The notes under the pieces are model-generated. The model saw nothing but the letters and a program-made list of their open reading frames with translations. It did no database searches and was not told where the DNA came from. Positions 62,121 to 64,000 of a DNA stretch of 64,000 nucleotides are shown here, piece after piece. This DNA comes from Phoronis australis (lineage: Eukaryota; Animalia; Phoronida). The position numbers and the translations under genes were made by a program. Location: the NCBI GenBank assembly GCA_002633005.1, contig NMRA01000013.1:826374-890373 (forward strand). Direction: 5' to 3'. Each line of letters opens with the position of its first letter. Position 1 is the stretch's first letter.

Positions 62121-63857
62121 GATTGCTCAATCCGAGAGCGGGGACGTTCACACACTCAGTAGACAGTAAACAACGCCGTCACATGGAGATGATAAGACTC
62201 TGTAACAGAAAACAAAACTAACACATGCGAATACAATGACAACAACCATACTGTCAAAGATTTCCATAAACCCAAAACAGAAAAAAAGAACTGTTATGAA
62301 ATGTACAATCTTCTGCATTTAATACCATCTAAAATTCAAAATTATGCCCGACGACCCAGCGCGTAACTTTGAATATACGTCAACGCCTTTGCTAACCACG
62401 AAGTAACCTCCACTTTAACGTTTATTGTCTATGTGAAGGTGTAACACCGACTGTAGCAATGCCAGCAGCCTTGGTGCAAGCTGTATAGTAAATATACAGC
62501 CATTGCACCGACGTGGGTAAAAACTGATCAAATAAAACTTGACACAAAATTGTGTCCTTAAAAATTACACTCTTCCTTGGGTAAACTAAAATATTTACTG
62601 ATGTTGAAAAAATTGGCGTTCTGTCATTCACCCTGCTGCTAAAATTTGGGTGTGCTCTTTAAGGTCGACTTTCAGCGCAGTCACCTATTGCCTTATTGGC
62701 CAGTTTCGCTCCCCGAGTTGTTCTTCTTCCAAGTACAACAAGCGATCGAACTGTTTTGCGTACATGTCACAACAAATTATTATTGAGCATACTGTTTTCT
62801 TTGTTGTAAAAAGGCTGAAAATTATGAAATAAAATAAAGTTTACTAGAATGTTTTTAACTTAAATGGCTCGAGCGGGCAAGGTGATTGTCGGTTTACACC
62901 CAGATATTTGGACACACCCCTGCTGGTTTATAGCTCTACATGTTGATATAAGTTCCGCGACGAGGTGACAAGTCGCCAAAACTACCCGAGCTATGTAAAA
63001 TTTCGTAGCCTAACGGCCGCTCAACACACAGTGCCTCTGGTACCTAGCTGTATTTTGAAGCTGGTCTCCATACATCTAGCTGGCTGGCTAGGCCCCTGGA
63101 TGAATCAATATCACAGAAAAGAAAGACAATATAAATATAGGTTGTAAGTATGCACATGTTGATCTGCCGACTGGACTATGCAGTGTTCTCCGCATTGTAA
63201 ATTCCAAACTCGATGCAAATATTTAGTAGCAGTTGTTGGCATTATGTCATTTCTAATCATAACCATGGGTGTGCTGGAGGTATTTATATATGGTTTAAAA
63301 CTGCACACTGCACTGGTGTGACCTACTTTTTAGACACTTCAAAGTTTAGCTTTCCTACCAATATATCTCATAATTCCTCCAAAGCATTTGACAGACCCAG
63401 AGCATCAAACAAAAGATTAAGAGTTCTTTTAATAATATCAATGCCGATTTTAATATCAATTAGACATATTAAGTACTACTAACACGAGTTCTGATGTGAC
63501 CTAGTTTTTAGTGACACCTGTTGTCAAGTTGAATAAGCTCATAAAAGCTCCAACTTGCCACTAGATGTCAGTCAAAATCAAAATTGTCTTTATTAAGCCA
63601 ATTAAATTGTTTCTTTACAGATTGACTTGCAAAATTTTAAAGTTAGAATGACAAAGTAAATTAGACATTTGATTAAGCAAGCTAGATGACTCATGAAATT
63701 TTTGTTATTTGAAGATTTTTGCAGATTTTATTAATGATAATTTAAACTCTTTTTGTAGCGTCATACAAAGTTATACATATAGTGTTGACTGCCTCTAACA
63801 TTCTGTAATGGGCTTGATGTTGGTTAATCAGGTCCTCCTATAGTCAAGGTACCTAAA

Positions 63858-64000
63858 CTACACGGTCAACGGACTCATAAACACGGGCACGAACGCATGA
63901 ACACGACTCACGGACCTGCAAACACCGTCCACTGACTCACAAACACGGGAACGGACTCACAAAACACGATCTACGCACCCAAATACACGGGACACGGACT
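63858..64000. repeat. Clustered CACGG/GGACTCAC motifs, likely transposon subterminal repeats (runs off window)
   Basis: acacggtcaacggactcataaacacgggcacg...acggactcacaaaacacg. Confidence 0.5.

Overview
Eukaryotic (invertebrate animal, intron-rich, AT-rich) genomic DNA, not prokaryotic; most ORF-track entries are spurious. Two convergent spliced genes were reconstructed by reading GT/AG boundaries. (1) The last six coding exons of cytosolic isoleucyl-tRNA synthetase IARS1 (+, 1-4859). (2) The full coding region of an SLMAP orthologue (-, ATG 62120 to TGA 13539; FHA domain, coiled coil, C-terminal tail anchor), about 44 coding exons and about 1,470 aa versus roughly 810-830 aa in vertebrates. 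The main finding is the SLMAP stalk: 32 consecutive symmetric phase-1 cassette exons, 25 of which are exact multiples of 21 nt (whole heptads; 17 are exactly 63 nt). Eight share an LxxExxxHxx[T/A]xxxL motif. The stalk also carries a 14-copy in-frame 42-bp array of identical splice donors, a candidate 21-nt neural-type microexon and a candidate dead or poison 84-nt cassette. This looks like a heptad-quantised, splice-tunable coiled-coil spacer. Introns contain MITEs, tRNA-derived SINEs and minisatellites, several of which duplicate exon boundaries. All exon calls are manual and lack transcript support.
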